Assembly (NCBI GenBank): GCA_018398765.1
Contig: JAHBMJ010000300.1
Coordinates: 1 to 50,937, forward strand
Length of the DNA stretch: 50,937 bases
Source of the DNA: Chromera velia
Lineage: Eukaryota
Direction: 5' to 3'
Part shown: positions 48,620 through 50,937 of the stretch, one piece after another
Layout of the letters: each line of letters begins with the position of its first letter
How positions within the stretch are numbered: position 1 is the first letter of the stretch
The notes under the pieces: model-generated
What the model saw: only the letters and a program-made list of their open reading frames with translations
What the model was told of the DNA's origin: nothing
The model's database searches: none
Made by a program: the position numbers and the translations under genes

Positions 48620-49185
48620 ATATAATTAGACTGTCTAAAACCATATACGGACTGTCACAGTGTTTAAACCTATAAACGGACTGTGTACAGTGTACATAGA
48701 CTAACTCCAACAGATAATGACCCACGGATTTTATCATTGAACTGTAACTTTCTCTGCCATCGACTGTTAGTCGCTCTGCCGGTGGTGACAAGCTCTGCCG
48801 GCAATTGCCGTCCTGCCAGCAATCGCTGTTCTCTGCCGCCAAAAAAAAAACAGAATATCAATTATGTGTTTTCAATTTAATATGTCCTTGAATAATAATC
48901 TGAGGTTAAATTTGAAAAATATTAGAGAGTTCGGTTTTTAAAAGATTGTAAACACATTTCACAAACGGCTTGCAACCATTTGTTTTTTTAATGATTTGGC
49001 GTTCTCAACTTCTCATTCCTGATTTCCCTATTGTAGACCCGTTGGCAAACTTTTGCGGCCGGTTATCTTGTACATGTGGCACTGAATTTAAAGTTCTAGA
49101 TGTCTTCCGGTCCTGCATAAATCCCCCACATACAAGCAAACAGTGTGAAAGGAAAACTCATACAAAGAAAAGTAACCAAATAGAA

Positions 49186-49267
49186 CTACAAGCCTTTCAA
49201 CCAAGATTGCAGCTCGACTGTGGGAAGAAAGAAAAAAAAAAAGAAAAGAAATGAAAAGAAAGTAAAA

Positions 49268-49303
<36 letters not shown>

Positions 49304-49325
49304 TACACACACACATACATACACA

Positions 49326-49358
<33 letters not shown>

Positions 49359-49399
49359 GCACGCACGCACGCATGCACGTACGCACATACGCATACACG

Positions 49400-49431
<32 letters not shown>

Positions 49432-49441
49432 TACACACACA

Positions 49442-49477
<36 letters not shown>

Positions 49478-50937
49478 AAGAGAAGAGAAGAAGAGGAGCA
49501 CAGAGAGAAGGGGGGCACTGGGACTAAGCATCGGGGAGAAAAAGAGAAGAAGAAAAATTAAGATCCTTATAGACTGAAGACCGACCGACAGACCGACCTA
49601 AGTGCAAAAGCGAAGAGTTCTGGAGGCACTTTCCCAGCAGACCCCCCCAAAGAGGTTCCAGAGCACTCCTCCCCTCCCCCTCCCCCCCCCCTGCAGTCCC
49701 CAGAGCTTCCTCTCTGGACCCTGACCTCGACATCCTCCCTCCCCCAGCAGTCTCCACCCCAGGCTGATCCCCCCCGCTCGTCCCAACACGGCTACTCGGA
49801 CCGCACTCGGAGGTCCCCCCATTTCTCCCCGACCCTACTCGCTGTGCAATTTTCAACCGAAGATGTACGTGCCAATGGAACCCTCCCCCCTTGCCCCATC
49901 TCTTCGGGTTGGACGCCCATGGAGAGCTGAAGATTTCAAACGCAAACGCTTTCAGTGTACCTTCTGGGGACGAAGGGGAGAAGGAACTAGAGGTGGAAGT
50001 GGAACTGGTGGGAGAGACAGAACACGCTGGGGGTCCACCGAACGTTCTCTTTGCCTTTCCAATGACTTGGTGAAGGATATTCGCAAGGTCAGTGAGTTCA
50101 GCAGGAGATGCGTGAAGGAAGGACGAACAATGACGAAGAGGGACAATTAGAATGGTCAGTGTGACGGTGTTATCGTCTGGCATCGGATCATAGAGGTCTC
50201 CTTCTGCCCCCGTTCCTCCTGTCGTTTCCGCGAGACTGAAGGGAATAATGGCCACAAAGTGCCGAGTGCGGGCTGCAATTCGACTGAATCCCTCCCCTGC
50301 AAAGAAGGAGCCTCGTGCACGTGCGAGCAGGAATTTGAAACGGGCTGCTAGAGACCCGTGGGTGGTTCTTGCCATTTTCTGCTCTTTGCGTGTCTGTGCG
50401 GCTCCTTCAGACTCGGGTGTTGACTTCTCGCTGCTCTTTGTGGATGGGGTGATGGAGTCAGTCAGGTCAGCATGAAGCAGCCTGAGGGAGGCGCAATTGC
50501 GAATCTTCTCATCGAACCGAAGCATCAATTCAGATCGGACGAGACGGGAACACATGAGGCAAAACACCGAGGGGGCCGGACAAGGAACAATTTGGCTTGG
50601 GTTGCTCAAAACATGAGCATTATGTGACCCTGGGGGTGGGGGGGTAACGACCTTGATTCTCTCCCGTTCAACTCTCTCGGGTATTCTCACACCCGCTCCT
50701 GCACCCTCCCCCCCGCCCTCAGAGTCCAATATTCCCGATGCCATTCCTGGAGCAGACTCAAAGATCCCCGAAGGCTGCCTCCGAGAAACTGACGCACGCC
50801 TGGCCCCACTTGCTGCTGTGCCAGGAGTCACTGCCCTCCCCCCCGGACCCAGGATCCCCCCATCCCCCCCGGCAGACGAAAAGATTATCGCCGACCCCCG
50901 CCGCCCCCCTGCCCCCGGTGTCCCCTGCCCCCCCCCC
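49186..50937 (-). CDS. GalT/HIT-superfamily-like protein (galactose-1-phosphate uridylyltransferase C-terminal-like domain) with low-complexity inserts; 3' part only
   Basis: Large exon from at least 50831 (5' boundary not determined) to 49598, phase-1 intron, last exon 49217-49186 (VELQSWLKGL*). Motifs FCLMC, HFVAIIPF, ILIVPLRHCSSF...ELTDLANIL...FGGPP and FHWHVHL resemble GalT-family C-terminal domains. Confidence 0.7.

Noticed and set aside
48750..48842. Clustered CTCTGCC motifs
   Set aside because: Could be transposon subterminal repeats, but no partner end or second copy is visible in the window.

Overview
Eukaryotic, intron-rich genomic DNA with GT-AG introns full of (CA)n/(GA)n/(ACAG)n microsatellites and frequent TGCATGCA motifs. 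It most resembles an alveolate of the chromerid type such as Chromera; this is inference only. By splicing manually I can reconstruct eight host genes: an MFS sugar-porter (-, runs off the left edge), a long coiled-coil protein (+), a 9-exon ankyrin protein with micro-exons (-), a probable bipartite-targeted two-TM protein (+), Rab18 (+), an intronless 12-Cys secreted protein (-), an intronless 422-aa orphan (+) and a GalT/HIT-like protein (-, runs off the right edge). Between them lie AT-rich islands packed with decayed mobile DNA: a complete gag-only LTR element with TSD, two CRE-like RLE non-LTR copies, an RTE/RTEX-like LINE with an (ATC)n tail, three 31-37 bp tail-only insertions with TSDs, and foldback/MITE-like elements. 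The most striking signal is the mutation pattern in repeats. Paired copies differ almost only by C>T/G>A transitions at CpG and also CpA, and the in-frame stops I examined in TE ORFs fit CAA/CAG>TAA/TAG or CGA>TGA. This looks like a RIP-like, repeat-targeted hypermutation process in an apparently non-fungal genome.
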